This document shows positions 35,645 through 46,355 of a DNA stretch of 64,000 nucleotides, piece after piece; positions within the stretch are counted from its first letter, which is position 1, and the number at the start of each line of letters is the position of its first letter. The DNA is taken from positions 64,001 to 128,000 of the IMG/VR virus record IMGVR_UViG_3300042307_001176. One strand, written 5' to 3'. The notes beneath the pieces are model-generated. The model was not told the origin of the DNA. It saw only the letters and a list, made by a program, of their open reading frames with translations, and made no database searches. A program made the position numbers and the translations under genes. Source of the DNA: a virus.

Positions 35645-36709
35645 ATGTTATTTGATTTTGACGATATCTTAATTGAACCTGAAATACAAACCCACATTAG
35701 ATCAAGAAAACAGGTCGATGTAATGGACGAAAAACAAATGCTTCCTCTCTTTACTGCACCTATGGATACAGTTATAAATGAGGATAATATAAATATATTT
35801 AATAACAATAAAATATATGGAATTATTCCCAGAAAAGCCAATCCTGGATTAGATTACTTCTCAACTAATTATAAGGTATGGTATTCCTATGGTTTAGATG
35901 ATTTTAAGAAGATATTTATTGAAAATGATATAAACCTAAAGATAGGTGAAAGATCGTTTGTCTTAATTGATGTAGCAAATGGTCATATGAAATATGTTAA
36001 GGACTTAGTTAAAGAATCAAAAGAAAAATACGGAAGATCTTTAGTGCTAATGGTGGGAAATTGTGCTAATCCATCTACATTTTTATCTCTGTCACAAGTT
36101 GGAGCGGATTACGTCAGAATGGGAATAGGTAACGGAGCTGGGTGTCTAACCACCGTTCAAACTGGTATCGGTTACCCTATGGCATCTTTAATTCATGAAA
36201 CAGTTAAGATACAACAAGAAAGAAACCTCACAACAAAGATAGTAGCAGATGGAGGTTTTAAAAAATATGCAGATGTTATTAAAGCATTGGCTTTAGGAGC
36301 TGACTATGTTATGCTTGGTAGTATTTTTAATAAAACATTAGAAAGTTGTGGCGAAACATATGAAGGTAATAAAAAATATGATTCATGGACCGAGCCTGGT
36401 GACAAAGTAGACCAATACTCTTTAGATGTTCTAATACAATTTGAAGCTGGTAAAAAATTCTATAAAAAATTTAGAGGCATGTCAACTAAGGATGTGCAGA
36501 AGAGTCTAGGCAAAACAGAATTAAAAACATCAGAAGGAATTTCTAAAATGCAACCAGTTGAATATACTCTTACCGGATGGATTGAGAACTTTACTGATTA
36601 TTTAAAATCTGCTATGAGTTATACTGATTGTTTAACTATTGGTGAATTTATTGGAAAGGTTAGATTCAATAAAATTTCAAAAAATTCAATGGAAAGATTC
36701 AATAAATAG
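35645..36709 (+). CDS. guaC: GMP reductase / IMPDH family protein
   Basis: FDDILIEP, APMDTV, IDVANGH, GIG.GAGCLT, ADGG, DYVMLGS. Confidence 0.8.
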   Translation: MLFDFDDILIEPEIQTHIRSRKQVDVMDEKQMLPLFTAPMDTVINEDNINIFNNNKIYGIIPRKANPGLDYFSTNYKVWYSYGLDDFKKIFIENDINLKIGERSFVLIDVANGHMKYVKDLVKESKEKYGRSLVLMVGNCANPSTFLSLSQVGADYVRMGIGNGAGCLTTVQTGIGYPMASLIHETVKIQQERNLTTKIVADGGFKKYADVIKALALGADYVMLGSIFNKTLESCGETYEGNKKYDSWTEPGDKVDQYSLDVLIQFEAGKKFYKKFRGMSTKDVQKSLGKTELKTSEGISKMQPVEYTLTGWIENFTDYLKSAMSYTDCLTIGEFIGKVRFNKISKNSMERFNK

Positions 36710-36750
36710 GAAACTAGATCAGGTTTTTTAGTATAATAAAGAAAAAAATA

Positions 36751-37536
36751 ATGAAAAAGTTTGGGCGTTTTAATGATGTGATCCGTTGGACTGCACAACA
36801 AATGTACGATTACTCATATGAGGTACATACAGAAAAATGGCAGGGTAAGGAGATTAAACATGATCCTAAGTACACAATGATTGAAACATTAAACCTTTCT
36901 TTTTCGTGTCAGATGTCACCGGATATTAAAGAGATAGGTGAACAGATTAAACCAAATTTTGCATGGGCAGACGAACACTTTGAAGAAAGAGTTAGCGGAT
37001 TACCATTGAACCCTCCTCCCTCACATGTGAGATGGCCTTATGCTCAAAAGAATAATGAGGAATTTGGAGGACTTGAAAAATTTTCACATACTTATCCAGA
37101 AAGAATCTGGCCCAAATTTGCATCAGAAATTCCTAACAGTAAGATGTCAGGAATAAGATATGAATACGGGGATTTTAATGATGTTGTTGAATTAATGTCA
37201 AGAGAACCTTTCACTAGACAAGCATTCCTTCCTATTTGGTTTCCTGAAGATACTGGATCAGTTACAGGAGAAAGAGTTCCTTGTACTATTGGATATCATT
37301 TCATTAGGAGAGGAGATTGGGTACATGTTGTTTATTATATTAGATCTTGCGATTTCTTTAGACACTTTAGAGATGACATTTATCTTTGTGCTAAAAAAGT
37401 ATTCTGGTTAATTGAAAAACTAAAAGAAAAAGATCCAGAGAATTGGAATAATGTAAAACCTGGTATGCTTACTATGCACATTACTTCTTTACATGCTTGG
37501 GCAGTAGAAAAGTCTTTGCTAAAGAAATTAATGTAA
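36751..37536 (+). CDS. thymidylate synthase-like protein, putative dCMP-modifying enzyme
   Basis: TRQA..., catalytic PC (RVPCT), RSCD.......D, MHITSLH. Confidence 0.75.
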   Translation: MKKFGRFNDVIRWTAQQMYDYSYEVHTEKWQGKEIKHDPKYTMIETLNLSFSCQMSPDIKEIGEQIKPNFAWADEHFEERVSGLPLNPPPSHVRWPYAQKNNEEFGGLEKFSHTYPERIWPKFASEIPNSKMSGIRYEYGDFNDVVELMSREPFTRQAFLPIWFPEDTGSVTGERVPCTIGYHFIRRGDWVHVVYYIRSCDFFRHFRDDIYLCAKKVFWLIEKLKEKDPENWNNVKPGMLTMHITSLHAWAVEKSLLKKLM

Positions 37537-37549
37537 TGATATATATTGG

Positions 37550-38380
37550 ATGCTTAAACATCTAAAAGATTTTAAAAATTTTAGTCTATTCGAATCGATT
37601 AGAATAGAAAAAATGGATCCTTCCACATACGAAAAAGAAACAGTTACTGCTTTACCTTATGTTGATAAGATAGAGGAAAATAGACAATTATTTCTTAAAA
37701 AACTTTGTAAAATTTCAGAAGAGCTAGATATAAAACCAGAATGGCTTTTACATACAATATTTCATGAAAGTAGGTTTGATCCTAAGTACAGAGATCAAAT
37801 GTCACGTGCAGTAGGACTTATTTCTTTTCTTCCTAGTATTTTAAAAATATTTATCAACGATGAAACAGGTAAAACAATAACGCCTAATGACGTTTTACAA
37901 ATGAGCAATATTGATCAATTGGACTTAGTTGCGGAATTTTATAAAATGTGGTTCGAAAAAATGAAATTAAAATCACCAATTATTGCTGGAGATTTTGCAG
38001 CTTTAACTTTCTATCCTGCAGTAATACAAAAGGATTGGGGGTGGAAATTCCCTGATTATGTAGTGGATTTAAATATAGAAATGTTTAATAAGTTCCCTTC
38101 TGGTGTTGGTAGAACTAAAAAAGATTATTATGATTATATTGATCAAGTATTAAATAACAATACTGAACAAGATGATGATAATGATTATATACTAGGTAAT
38201 TTTGGTGGTGCTTTTGCAGAGCCAGGAGTATATAGTAATAAGAAACCTTTAGAATTTTATAAAGATCTTTTATTTGCTATACAAGATCCAGCACAAAATC
38301 AAGAGCTACAAGCTCAGGACATAGAAAATACAGAGAAATCCAAGCAGATTGGTACACTAGGAATAAACAACGTAAAATAA
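37550..38380 (+). CDS. lysozyme/SLT-fold protein, possibly virion-associated
   Basis: WLL.TI.HES.FDP...A.GLI.F...L.MS.IDQLD.V..FY. Confidence 0.65.
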   Translation: MLKHLKDFKNFSLFESIRIEKMDPSTYEKETVTALPYVDKIEENRQLFLKKLCKISEELDIKPEWLLHTIFHESRFDPKYRDQMSRAVGLISFLPSILKIFINDETGKTITPNDVLQMSNIDQLDLVAEFYKMWFEKMKLKSPIIAGDFAALTFYPAVIQKDWGWKFPDYVVDLNIEMFNKFPSGVGRTKKDYYDYIDQVLNNNTEQDDDNDYILGNFGGAFAEPGVYSNKKPLEFYKDLLFAIQDPAQNQELQAQDIENTEKSKQIGTLGINNVK

Positions 38381-38560
38381 AATATAAAATGAAAGCTATT
38401 ATTAATTTTTTTAAATCTTTATTTACAACTAAAAAAGAAGAGATGTTTTGTGAGATCGTGAAAAAAGAAGCTACTCCTAAAGCTAAAAGAGGAAAAAAAC
38501 CTAAAACTGAAAAAGCGATAGGAAAGGAAGTTAAAGCTCCTGCTAAAAAATCCAAAAAAA

Positions 38561-38848
38561 GTGAAAATTAAGAAGCTAACCGAATTCCTTATAGAAACTA
38601 ATAGTCAATTAGAATATAGCGGAGAAGACGTTACAAAAATGCCAATTATAGGTAAGATTATTACCTATTCTATTGGTCCTTTTGAAGAGGGAGAATATGA
38701 TGTAGTAGAAATAATAGATTCTCCAGACGGGAAAGATATTTATGTTACAGATAAATGGTATAAAGAATACAAAAGAATACCACAGATCATACATTCTGAT
38801 TTAGTAAAAGAATATATTCCAGTAGAAAAATTGGGAAACTTTTATTAA
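38561..38848 (+). CDS. hypothetical protein (MKIKKLTEFLIE peptide)
   Basis: 95 aa ORF. Confidence 0.55.
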   Translation: MKIKKLTEFLIETNSQLEYSGEDVTKMPIIGKIITYSIGPFEEGEYDVVEIIDSPDGKDIYVTDKWYKEYKRIPQIIHSDLVKEYIPVEKLGNFY

Positions 38849-38956
38849 TAAGGTTATATAATAATAGAACTAGAGGTTTCTAGTCACTTCCCGGTCAACA
38901 AACCGTAGAGTTTTCAGAAATGGAAGCAAAGGAAGGGGCCAAATAAAATAGTCTTT

Positions 38957-39712
38957 ATGTATTATTCAACGCCAAGCGTAATGTCGGCATGTACTGCTAA
39001 CATTACAAAAAACAGAAATAGATCTAAGATCTATGAGAATTCCGTCTATCTAAAAGACGGTGAAAATTTCGAGATTGAGTTATTCAATCCAACAACGTCA
39101 AGGGTACTTGCAAAAATCACTATCAACGGTAATAGCATTTCTAATTCAGGAATTGTTCTAAAACCAGGAGAGAGAGTTTATCTGGAAAGATTTATTGATT
39201 CAAACAACAAATTTGTTTTTGAAACGTATGAAGTCGAAGGATCAAATGAAGCTTTAAATGCTATCAGAAATAATGGAGGTGTAGAAGTTTCTTTCTATAC
39301 TGAAATTACAACTTCCACTTACTCGTCATTTCCAACTAGCCATACTGGATATGTGTCGGGTACATTGAATGATACCTACAGCTATCCATTTGGTGGTACT
39401 ACAGTAAATAATCTTTTTACAATGTCCAGTGTTACTAATAGTTCTATAGGAGTTAATTCTAGTGTATTAACTAGTTCAACAAAAAGTATTGAAACTGGTA
39501 GAATCGAAAAAGGTGATTCAAGCGATCAATTATTCGAAACAGTAAATGGGAATTTTAGCACATTTGCTACAAGTTCTATTACTATCAAATTACTTCCTGA
39601 GTCACAAAAACCAGTTGAGGTTTCTACACTTAGAAACTACTGTGCAAATTGTGGAACAAGATCTAAAAAGCAATCTTGGAAATTCTGTCCAAATTGTGGA
39701 GAAAAAATCTAA
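38957..39712 (+). CDS. hypothetical protein with C-terminal zinc ribbon
   Basis: YCANCG...FCPNCG. Confidence 0.7.
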   Translation: MYYSTPSVMSACTANITKNRNRSKIYENSVYLKDGENFEIELFNPTTSRVLAKITINGNSISNSGIVLKPGERVYLERFIDSNNKFVFETYEVEGSNEALNAIRNNGGVEVSFYTEITTSTYSSFPTSHTGYVSGTLNDTYSYPFGGTTVNNLFTMSSVTNSSIGVNSSVLTSSTKSIETGRIEKGDSSDQLFETVNGNFSTFATSSITIKLLPESQKPVEVSTLRNYCANCGTRSKKQSWKFCPNCGEKI

Positions 39713-39725
39713 ACCCTACTACACA

Positions 39726-39751
39726 AAAAACCCAAGAGCGATCTTGGGTTT
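39726..39751. terminator. terminator between convergent genes
   Basis: aaacccaaga/tcttgggttt hairpin. Confidence 0.65.
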
Positions 39752-39761
39752 GTAGTTTTTA

Positions 39762-40574
39762 TTAATTAAGGTAAGTATCCCAATCCTGAGCCATTTCTGC
39801 TTGAGAAATTTCAGTATCTGTATAAGGTCTAATATTTTTTAAAGGAGTACCTTGATAGTTCATGTAAGCTTCTTTAGGTACTGGAATTTGTGATTGCTGA
39901 GGTGTTTCTGATCCGTATCCAGCATATGTAGGTTGAGTTGTAACATCGCTTTTTGTAGGAGCTCCTGTTACCCAACTAACTGCTTTAACTCCAGATTTAA
40001 TTTCAGTTGTTACTCCTCTTAAAGCTTTAATTTTTCCAGCGTCTTTACTAAGAGCTACTAATTTAGATCCCCCATTAAGTACAAATGATTTTAAAGATCC
40101 TAGCATTTTTCCAACAAATGGTGCAATACCAGAGAATTTAGCTAAAAATTTAGAACCTTTTAAGAATTTAGCAATTTTAGGAAAGAATTTAGCAACTCCA
40201 TTAATTAATGGCTTAAGAATCCCCGCTCCTATTCCTACACCTTTTCCTAGTGCTTTAACTAGAAGAGTTCCTCCTGCTCCAATGTATTGTCCAAATAATG
40301 GGATTAAACCAATTGCACAAAGTCCAGCAAGAAGAAATTCGCCTTGCTTAGCATAAGAAACTAAATTAATACCTTCTGCTACTGATCCTACTCCTGGTAT
40401 AAGAGCTGCAAAATCTAAAATTGTATTATACCATGCCTCTAGTAATTGATCATCATTAGAATTTAGATATTCTATAGATTCAATAATTTGTTCATGTGAA
40501 AAATCGTTCTGGTTGAAATTAAAGCTATTCTCATCTTCGAATAGAAATCCGTCCATTGATAATATGTGATTCAT
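39762..40574 (-). CDS. hypothetical protein with pre-toxin TG-like Gly-rich hydrophobic segment
   Basis: LDFAALIPGVGSVAEGIN...AGL.AIGLIP.FG. Confidence 0.55.
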   Translation of the reverse strand: MNHILSMDGFLFEDENSFNFNQNDFSHEQIIESIEYLNSNDDQLLEAWYNTILDFAALIPGVGSVAEGINLVSYAKQGEFLLAGLCAIGLIPLFGQYIGAGGTLLVKALGKGVGIGAGILKPLINGVAKFFPKIAKFLKGSKFLAKFSGIAPFVGKMLGSLKSFVLNGGSKLVALSKDAGKIKALRGVTTEIKSGVKAVSWVTGAPTKSDVTTQPTYAGYGSETPQQSQIPVPKEAYMNYQGTPLKNIRPYTDTEISQAEMAQDWDTYLN

Positions 40575-40614
40575 ACTATTATTTTTATTTTATATATCTG
40601 ATTCAAGGAAACTT

Positions 40615-40992
40615 TTGATGTTTTTCACTATAATTAGCATGTTATATAGATCAAGTAAAATATATGTAGATGATTCTGATATTCATGGACGTGGAGTATT
40701 TGCATCGGAATTTATAAAATCGGGTGAAATTCTAGAGGAATGTCATTTTTTAGTATTAGAAAATGGATTACAATATCCAGAAATTTTACATAATCATTTT
40801 TTTTCGTGGCCAAAAGGCGCAGGAGACAAATTAGCTATATGTCTTGGATATGGAAGTATCTTTAATAACTCAGACGAATCTCCCAATGCAGATTGGCAAA
40901 CAGACACAACAAAAAACAAAATAATATTCTTCTCAATCCGAGATATTAATCAAGGAGATGAAATATTTACGAATTACCGAAAAAATGATTAA
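40615..40992 (+). CDS. SET-domain protein
   Basis: SDIHGRGVFA..I..GE...GSIFN...PNA...RDI..GDEIF.NY. Confidence 0.85.
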   Translation: MMFFTIISMLYRSSKIYVDDSDIHGRGVFASEFIKSGEILEECHFLVLENGLQYPEILHNHFFSWPKGAGDKLAICLGYGSIFNNSDESPNADWQTDTTKNKIIFFSIRDINQGDEIFTNYRKND

Positions 40993-41058
40993 TTTTTTAA
41001 AAAATCGTTTTTTATAACAAAGCAGTATCATTAAATTTATCCTATAAACAAAAACAAG

Positions 41059-41325
41059 ATGGACACGGAAGACAGGAAAAGATTAGAAGAAATAGAGAAA
41101 AGTATAGAAAAGCTCTATGATGAACAATCAAGAAAACTTTACGATTACATTGCTCAAATGGGTGAAGATGCTTTTATGGAAGGACAACCTTTATATAAGT
41201 TTAGAGACACCGATCTTTTTGATAAACTTATAGCACACTTTGAATCTATTGAAGAATACGAAAAATGTGCATTCATTCTAGAGCAATCTACAAAAATTAG
41301 ACAAGCAATTATAGAAAGGATGTAA
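41059..41325 (+). CDS. hypothetical protein
   Basis: 88 aa ORF. Confidence 0.55.
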   Translation: MDTEDRKRLEEIEKSIEKLYDEQSRKLYDYIAQMGEDAFMEGQPLYKFRDTDLFDKLIAHFESIEEYEKCAFILEQSTKIRQAIIERM

Positions 41326-41367
41326 TACAGAAGAAACTTTTCCAAGTTCATACAATATAAATAGTGT

Positions 41368-41622
41368 ATGGGAAAAGGACGAAGATACATAAAAAAATCT
41401 GCTGATGGCAGATTTTTTTTGCATATAGAGAAGCCAGAGTATCAGATAGATCTTGATAAGAAAACAAAATTATGGACCTCTTCAGATTATCTGTTCTCAG
41501 AGGCTCTTAAAGAAGATTTAGAAAACACAAAAAATACTCTGGACGTATTAATAAGGTGGAATGAGATTCAACAGAATTTTGAAGCTTGTAATAAGCTTCT
41601 ACTTTTAAGAAAAACTTTCTAA
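41368..41622 (+). CDS. hypothetical protein
   Basis: 84 aa ORF followed by a terminator hairpin at 41626-41655. Confidence 0.5.
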   Translation: MGKGRRYIKKSADGRFFLHIEKPEYQIDLDKKTKLWTSSDYLFSEALKEDLENTKNTLDVLIRWNEIQQNFEACNKLLLLRKTF

Positions 41623-41699
41623 AATAAAAAAAAAGAGTGGATTCACTCTTTTTTTGTGAACCTAAATTAAAAAATCGAGTATAATAATAAAAAGAAATT

Positions 41700-42005
41700 A
41701 TGGAATCGATTTTTGAAAACGAAAAATTATTATCGGGAAGAATGCTTTCCTTATCTAAATCTGGATATAGAGAAGAATTCCCAGATAATGAGGTTTATTT
41801 CAATGCAAACATTTTTGTTTTAGAAGAGGGTAAAATTTGGTATGGTGATATTGATGTCACTAAAGAAAAAGAACAATTAGAAAATGTAGCAAGAGAAATT
41901 GGAAAAGATTTGTACATCCTTAGGGAAATGGACGGAAGATTTGGAAATGAAGAATTAAAGGATTCTGAAATTATTACTAGAGCAATGTGTAAAATAACTA
42001 AATAA
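41700..42005 (+). CDS. hypothetical protein
   Basis: 101 aa ORF. Confidence 0.6.
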   Translation: MESIFENEKLLSGRMLSLSKSGYREEFPDNEVYFNANIFVLEEGKIWYGDIDVTKEKEQLENVAREIGKDLYILREMDGRFGNEELKDSEIITRAMCKITK

Positions 42006-42019
42006 TAAAAATAATAAAT

Positions 42020-43183
42020 ATGGCAAAGAAAGAATTTTCGTTCGCGGAATTAGACAAATCACTTTCAAAAATTGAAGGATTTGAAATGGGATCAATTTTA
42101 GAAACTAATGAGTTTTCTAAAACAACAGAATGGATCTCAACAGGTAATTATCTTTTAAATGCTCAACTTTCAGGAAGTTTATTTGGAGGAATAGCAAATA
42201 ACAGATCAATAGGAATTGCGGGTGATCCTTCTACAGGTAAGACTTTTCTGGCAATGAATATTACAAGAGAAGCTCAGAAGCAAGATTATGATGTTATTTA
42301 TTGTGACACAGAAGGTGCTATAGATAAAAGCTCAGCCAAAAAATTCGGAGTTGATCCAACAAGAGTTAGATACCAGCCTATTAAAACTATTAATGACTTT
42401 AAAATATTCACAACAAATATTTTAGAAAAAGTTAAGAATGCAAGAAAAGAAGGGGCAGAACCTAAAATCATGATCATTTTAGATTCTCTTGGTATGCTTA
42501 GTACAGATAAAGAAACAGGTGATGCTATTAAGGGTAAGAGCGCAATGGATATGGGATTAAGATCTAAAGAAATGAGATCACTATTCCGTGTTATAACATT
42601 AGACTTAACAGGTGTTAGAATTCCATTGGTTTGTACTAATCACACAACAACAGGAGGAATAGGCGGATTTATGCCAACGAAAGAAGCATCAGGAGGTGAT
42701 GGACCAATTTTCTCAATGAGTAATGTTATTATGCTTTCTAAAGCACAATTAAAAGAGAATGACACAAAAACCGGAATTATTGTAACATCTACACCTAAGA
42801 AAGCAAGATTCACCAGACCTTATCCAGTTAAATTCCATATCTCATTTATGAATGGTATGAATCCTTATGTGGGATTACAAGATTTTACTTCCTGGGAAAT
42901 TTGCGGAATTGAAAGAGGTAAATTAGAGGTTGATAAAAAAACAGGAGACATGGAATTTACCGCTAATGCTACTTCTACAAGATGGGCAATTAAACATTTA
43001 GGCAAGACCGTTACTTCTTCTCAATTATTTAATGGAGAAATATTCACTGATGAAGTATTAAGTATGATCGATGAGAAAGTAATTAAACCTCATTTCTTAT
43101 TACCCGATCTTTTTGACGATGAAGAATTAGCAATACTAGCTGAACCTGAAGCAGACACTGAAGAGGAAGATGGAGAAGAATAA
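42020..43183 (+). CDS. uvsX: UvsX/RecA-like recombinase
   Basis: STG...LNAQLSG, GDPSTGKT, DTEG, LDSLG, TNH, SGG.G. Confidence 0.92.
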   Translation: MAKKEFSFAELDKSLSKIEGFEMGSILETNEFSKTTEWISTGNYLLNAQLSGSLFGGIANNRSIGIAGDPSTGKTFLAMNITREAQKQDYDVIYCDTEGAIDKSSAKKFGVDPTRVRYQPIKTINDFKIFTTNILEKVKNARKEGAEPKIMIILDSLGMLSTDKETGDAIKGKSAMDMGLRSKEMRSLFRVITLDLTGVRIPLVCTNHTTTGGIGGFMPTKEASGGDGPIFSMSNVIMLSKAQLKENDTKTGIIVTSTPKKARFTRPYPVKFHISFMNGMNPYVGLQDFTSWEICGIERGKLEVDKKTGDMEFTANATSTRWAIKHLGKTVTSSQLFNGEIFTDEVLSMIDEKVIKPHFLLPDLFDDEELAILAEPEADTEEEDGEE

Positions 43184-43463
43184 ACTTAAAATGAAATATC
43201 TGCTAGGTATCTGGAAAGATCTTCCCGAATATCCAACAAAAGAAGATGTTATTTATGAGCTTAACTCATATTTAATTAAGGATGGAAGACCTGATGGAGA
43301 GTTTTCAGACCAGACTTTTAATTCTTTTCTTCCTGAAGGATGGGAAGAAAATAAATTTGCAGAAGCAGTTAATGAACTTATAGAGACAGACATTTTTGAA
43401 AAAACTGAAAAAACATTAGGAAATAAAAATTGGTATAAAATAAAGGATAATCCACACTATTAA
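43170..43463 (+). CDS. hypothetical protein
   Basis: 97 aa between uvsX and the helicase. Confidence 0.6.
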   Translation: MEKNKLKMKYLLGIWKDLPEYPTKEDVIYELNSYLIKDGRPDGEFSDQTFNSFLPEGWEENKFAEAVNELIETDIFEKTEKTLGNKNWYKIKDNPHY

Positions 43464-43465
43464 AA

Positions 43466-44767
43466 ATGCAAAATCAACACTTAGAAAATATTTGGTTTAA
43501 AGCGGTAATTGACAATCCAGCTTATATTGAAGCAACAGAATCTAGTTACTTCAAAAATGCAGATTTCCAAGAAGCTTTTAAAGTCGTAAAATCATTTTGG
43601 AAAAAATATCAACAGGTCCCTAGCAAAAATCAAGTCAGAGAATCTGCAAAACTTTTGAAATTAGAAGATAAACTCACAGATTCTTTACTTGAATCTATGT
43701 GGTCAATATCTCTTAATGATTACGATACTGATTGGTTACAACAGAATACCGAATCTTGGATTGAATGGAAGACATTAGAAAAAAGTGCGGTAGATTCAAT
43801 AAATTATATCAAAAGTACTGATGTAACTCCAGATAATATTAAGGATGTGATTAACACTTACAAATCGATAGTTGTTGATCGTAATAAAGTGGATTTCTCA
43901 TTTGATATGGGGCTTAACTTTAAAGATCCAGAAGCTCACAAGCAGCCAAGCAGCTTAACATTCTCTAGTGGATATGATTACATAGATCATTGCCTTGGTG
44001 GAGGATTTTCAGCTAAATGTCTATATGTTTTATTAGGACAGCCTAAAGTTGGAAAAACTCTTTGGCTTGGTAATATAGCAACACAAGCTATTAGAGCAGC
44101 AAATAATGTCGCTATTGTTACATTAGAATTAGGAGACAGAAAATACATGAAAAGATTAGGATCTAATCTTTTGGGAATCAAGATGTCAGAATATAAAGAC
44201 TCAGCGGAGAATGACTCACAAATTAAAAAGAAAATAACAAATCTTGGATTTGATAATTTAAGAACCCCCGGTGAATTAGTAGTGAAAGAATTTGCCACAT
44301 CTCAAGCATCTGCAATAGACGTAGAAAATTGGTTAACTAAGGTTGAACAAGTAATGGGAATTAAATTCAAAATCGTTATTATTGACTATATTAATATTAT
44401 GAAGAACTGGAGAAATCCAAATTCAGAAAATACATATATGAAAATTAAACAGATTGCAGAAGATCTTAGAGCTGCAGCACAAAGAAATGATTGGGCAATA
44501 GTGACAGCAACTCAGACAAAACAAAGTGAATTTGATGCTACGGATCTCAGTATGAATTCAGCATCCGAATCATCAGGACTGGTAGCAACAGTTGATGGTA
44601 TGTTTGGTATTATTCAAGATCCTATGATGCTTACTAACAACGAATACAAGCTAAAATTGCTTGCAAATAGGGACGAAGGCTATAAAAACTCTTACAAAAA
44701 GTTTATAGTTGATTACACCTTCATGAGAATATCTGAAGATCCCAACTCTCAAATAATAAATGATTGA
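43466..44767 (+). CDS. T4 gp41-like replicative DNA helicase
   Basis: GQPKVGKT, TLEL, IDYI, IAEDLR, TATQ, SES.G. Confidence 0.92.
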   Translation: MQNQHLENIWFKAVIDNPAYIEATESSYFKNADFQEAFKVVKSFWKKYQQVPSKNQVRESAKLLKLEDKLTDSLLESMWSISLNDYDTDWLQQNTESWIEWKTLEKSAVDSINYIKSTDVTPDNIKDVINTYKSIVVDRNKVDFSFDMGLNFKDPEAHKQPSSLTFSSGYDYIDHCLGGGFSAKCLYVLLGQPKVGKTLWLGNIATQAIRAANNVAIVTLELGDRKYMKRLGSNLLGIKMSEYKDSAENDSQIKKKITNLGFDNLRTPGELVVKEFATSQASAIDVENWLTKVEQVMGIKFKIVIIDYINIMKNWRNPNSENTYMKIKQIAEDLRAAAQRNDWAIVTATQTKQSEFDATDLSMNSASESSGLVATVDGMFGIIQDPMMLTNNEYKLKLLANRDEGYKNSYKKFIVDYTFMRISEDPNSQIIND

Positions 44768-45243
44768 TGAAAAAACAGCAAAAACTGATCGAAGATGAAA
44801 AAACCGACCTTGACATAAATCAAGAACTAGCAGAAAAAAAGAACGAAAAAGATACTGTTGATGAAGAGTTTGAAATGGATTCAAGTACAGATTATAGAAG
44901 CTTACAGTCTATAGTAACTTATGAAGATGAAGACTATATTCATTCGTGTAATTTAAATGATAAAATAGACGAGATCTTTCAAGTATCTAGATGGACTATC
45001 ATAAGTCCAAGTAAAAAAATACCAAAGGATCTTATCCCTTTAATATTTCAAGACATATTAAAAGAATTGGAAGAGACAGAATTTACAATGGTAGAGAAAT
45101 TTGTTGCTATTTGTGATTATACAGCAATAAATTATCAAAAAGCTTATGAATCTATTCATATGAAGTATAAAGAAATTATAGTTCAAGAGATGGATCAAAA
45201 ATATGGTATTTTAAGTAAAAAAGGAATTAAAAAGATATTTTAA
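44764..45243 (+). CDS. hypothetical protein
   Basis: 159 aa ORF in the replication block. Confidence 0.6.
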   Translation: MMKKQQKLIEDEKTDLDINQELAEKKNEKDTVDEEFEMDSSTDYRSLQSIVTYEDEDYIHSCNLNDKIDEIFQVSRWTIISPSKKIPKDLIPLIFQDILKELEETEFTMVEKFVAICDYTAINYQKAYESIHMKYKEIIVQEMDQKYGILSKKGIKKIF

Positions 45244-46355
45244 TGGAAAAATTCTCAGATATTAAGAGAGTAATTTTTATTACAGATACTCATTTAGGTG
45301 TAAGGAACAATTCTAATGATTGGATAGACATTCATGATGATTATTTTAAAAATTGGTTCATTCCCCTTTGTAAAAAAATATACAGACCAGGAGATTGTTT
45401 AGTGCATCTTGGTGATGTTTATGATAGTAGACAATCACTTAATCTTCGGGTTCTTAATCTTGGTATAGAAATATTTGAAGATCTTTCGCAAATTTTTAAA
45501 GATGGTATTTTTATAATATGTGGTAATCACGATATTTACGGAAAAAATACAAATGAAGTAAACTCTTTAAAATCTCTTAAATGGATACCAGGAATAAAAA
45601 TATACGAAGAACCTGAATCTATACAACTAGGTAACAGAAAGATTTTTCTTATGCCTTGGAGAAAAGATCATGATGCGGAGAGAGAAACATTAATGACAGT
45701 AAAAGAACCACATGATTATATGTTCTGTCATACAGATCTTAAAGGTCTAATGTTTAATAAGTTTGTGAGAATTGATGCAGGATTAGATTATGCAGATATG
45801 GATAAATTTGAAAGAGTTTATTCTGGACATATACATTATTCACAGACATTTGGAAAAATGAGAATGCTAGGATCTCCTTTTCAGTTAACAAGATCCGATA
45901 CTGATAATGCAAAAGGGATAACCATACTAGATTTAGAATCTGGAGATGAGGAGTATTACGAAAACAATTACTCCCCTAAATTTGTTAGAATCACTTTTGA
46001 TAAAGTTTTAAATTCAACGCCTAATGAATTAAATCCTATATTCAAAAATAATTTTATAGACATATTAGTTGATCCAGAATTAGCAGTAAAAGCTCCTCTC
46101 GGATTATTAACAGAATATGTAGTTCCCCCATTAAAAATATCATTCACACCTATAACTAATCCCGGAGAGGAATTAGTAGATGAAGGATTTCACGATCTAG
46201 AAGGAAAAAGCTTTTCTATTTTAGATCTAACTAAATTATACTTAGATAAGTGTAACTATGAAGATGATAAGAAAAGTAAGATCTATAAAGCGATAGAAAA
46301 ATTATTACACAAAGTTTCAGTACAAGTTAAAGAAGATGAAGATCAAGAAGATTGA
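45243..46355 (+). CDS. gp47-like recombination endonuclease (Mre11/SbcD family)
   Basis: DTHLG, HLGD..D, GNHD, SGHIH, GSP. Confidence 0.92.
   Translation: MEKFSDIKRVIFITDTHLGVRNNSNDWIDIHDDYFKNWFIPLCKKIYRPGDCLVHLGDVYDSRQSLNLRVLNLGIEIFEDLSQIFKDGIFIICGNHDIYGKNTNEVNSLKSLKWIPGIKIYEEPESIQLGNRKIFLMPWRKDHDAERETLMTVKEPHDYMFCHTDLKGLMFNKFVRIDAGLDYADMDKFERVYSGHIHYSQTFGKMRMLGSPFQLTRSDTDNAKGITILDLESGDEEYYENNYSPKFVRITFDKVLNSTPNELNPIFKNNFIDILVDPELAVKAPLGLLTEYVVPPLKISFTPITNPGEELVDEGFHDLEGKSFSILDLTKLYLDKCNYEDDKKSKIYKAIEKLLHKVSVQVKEDEDQED

Noticed and set aside
34506-38935. Hammerhead ribozyme calls for the junction elements at 34506 and 38887
   Set aside because: The CUGAnGA and GAAA core motifs are not in the required positions.
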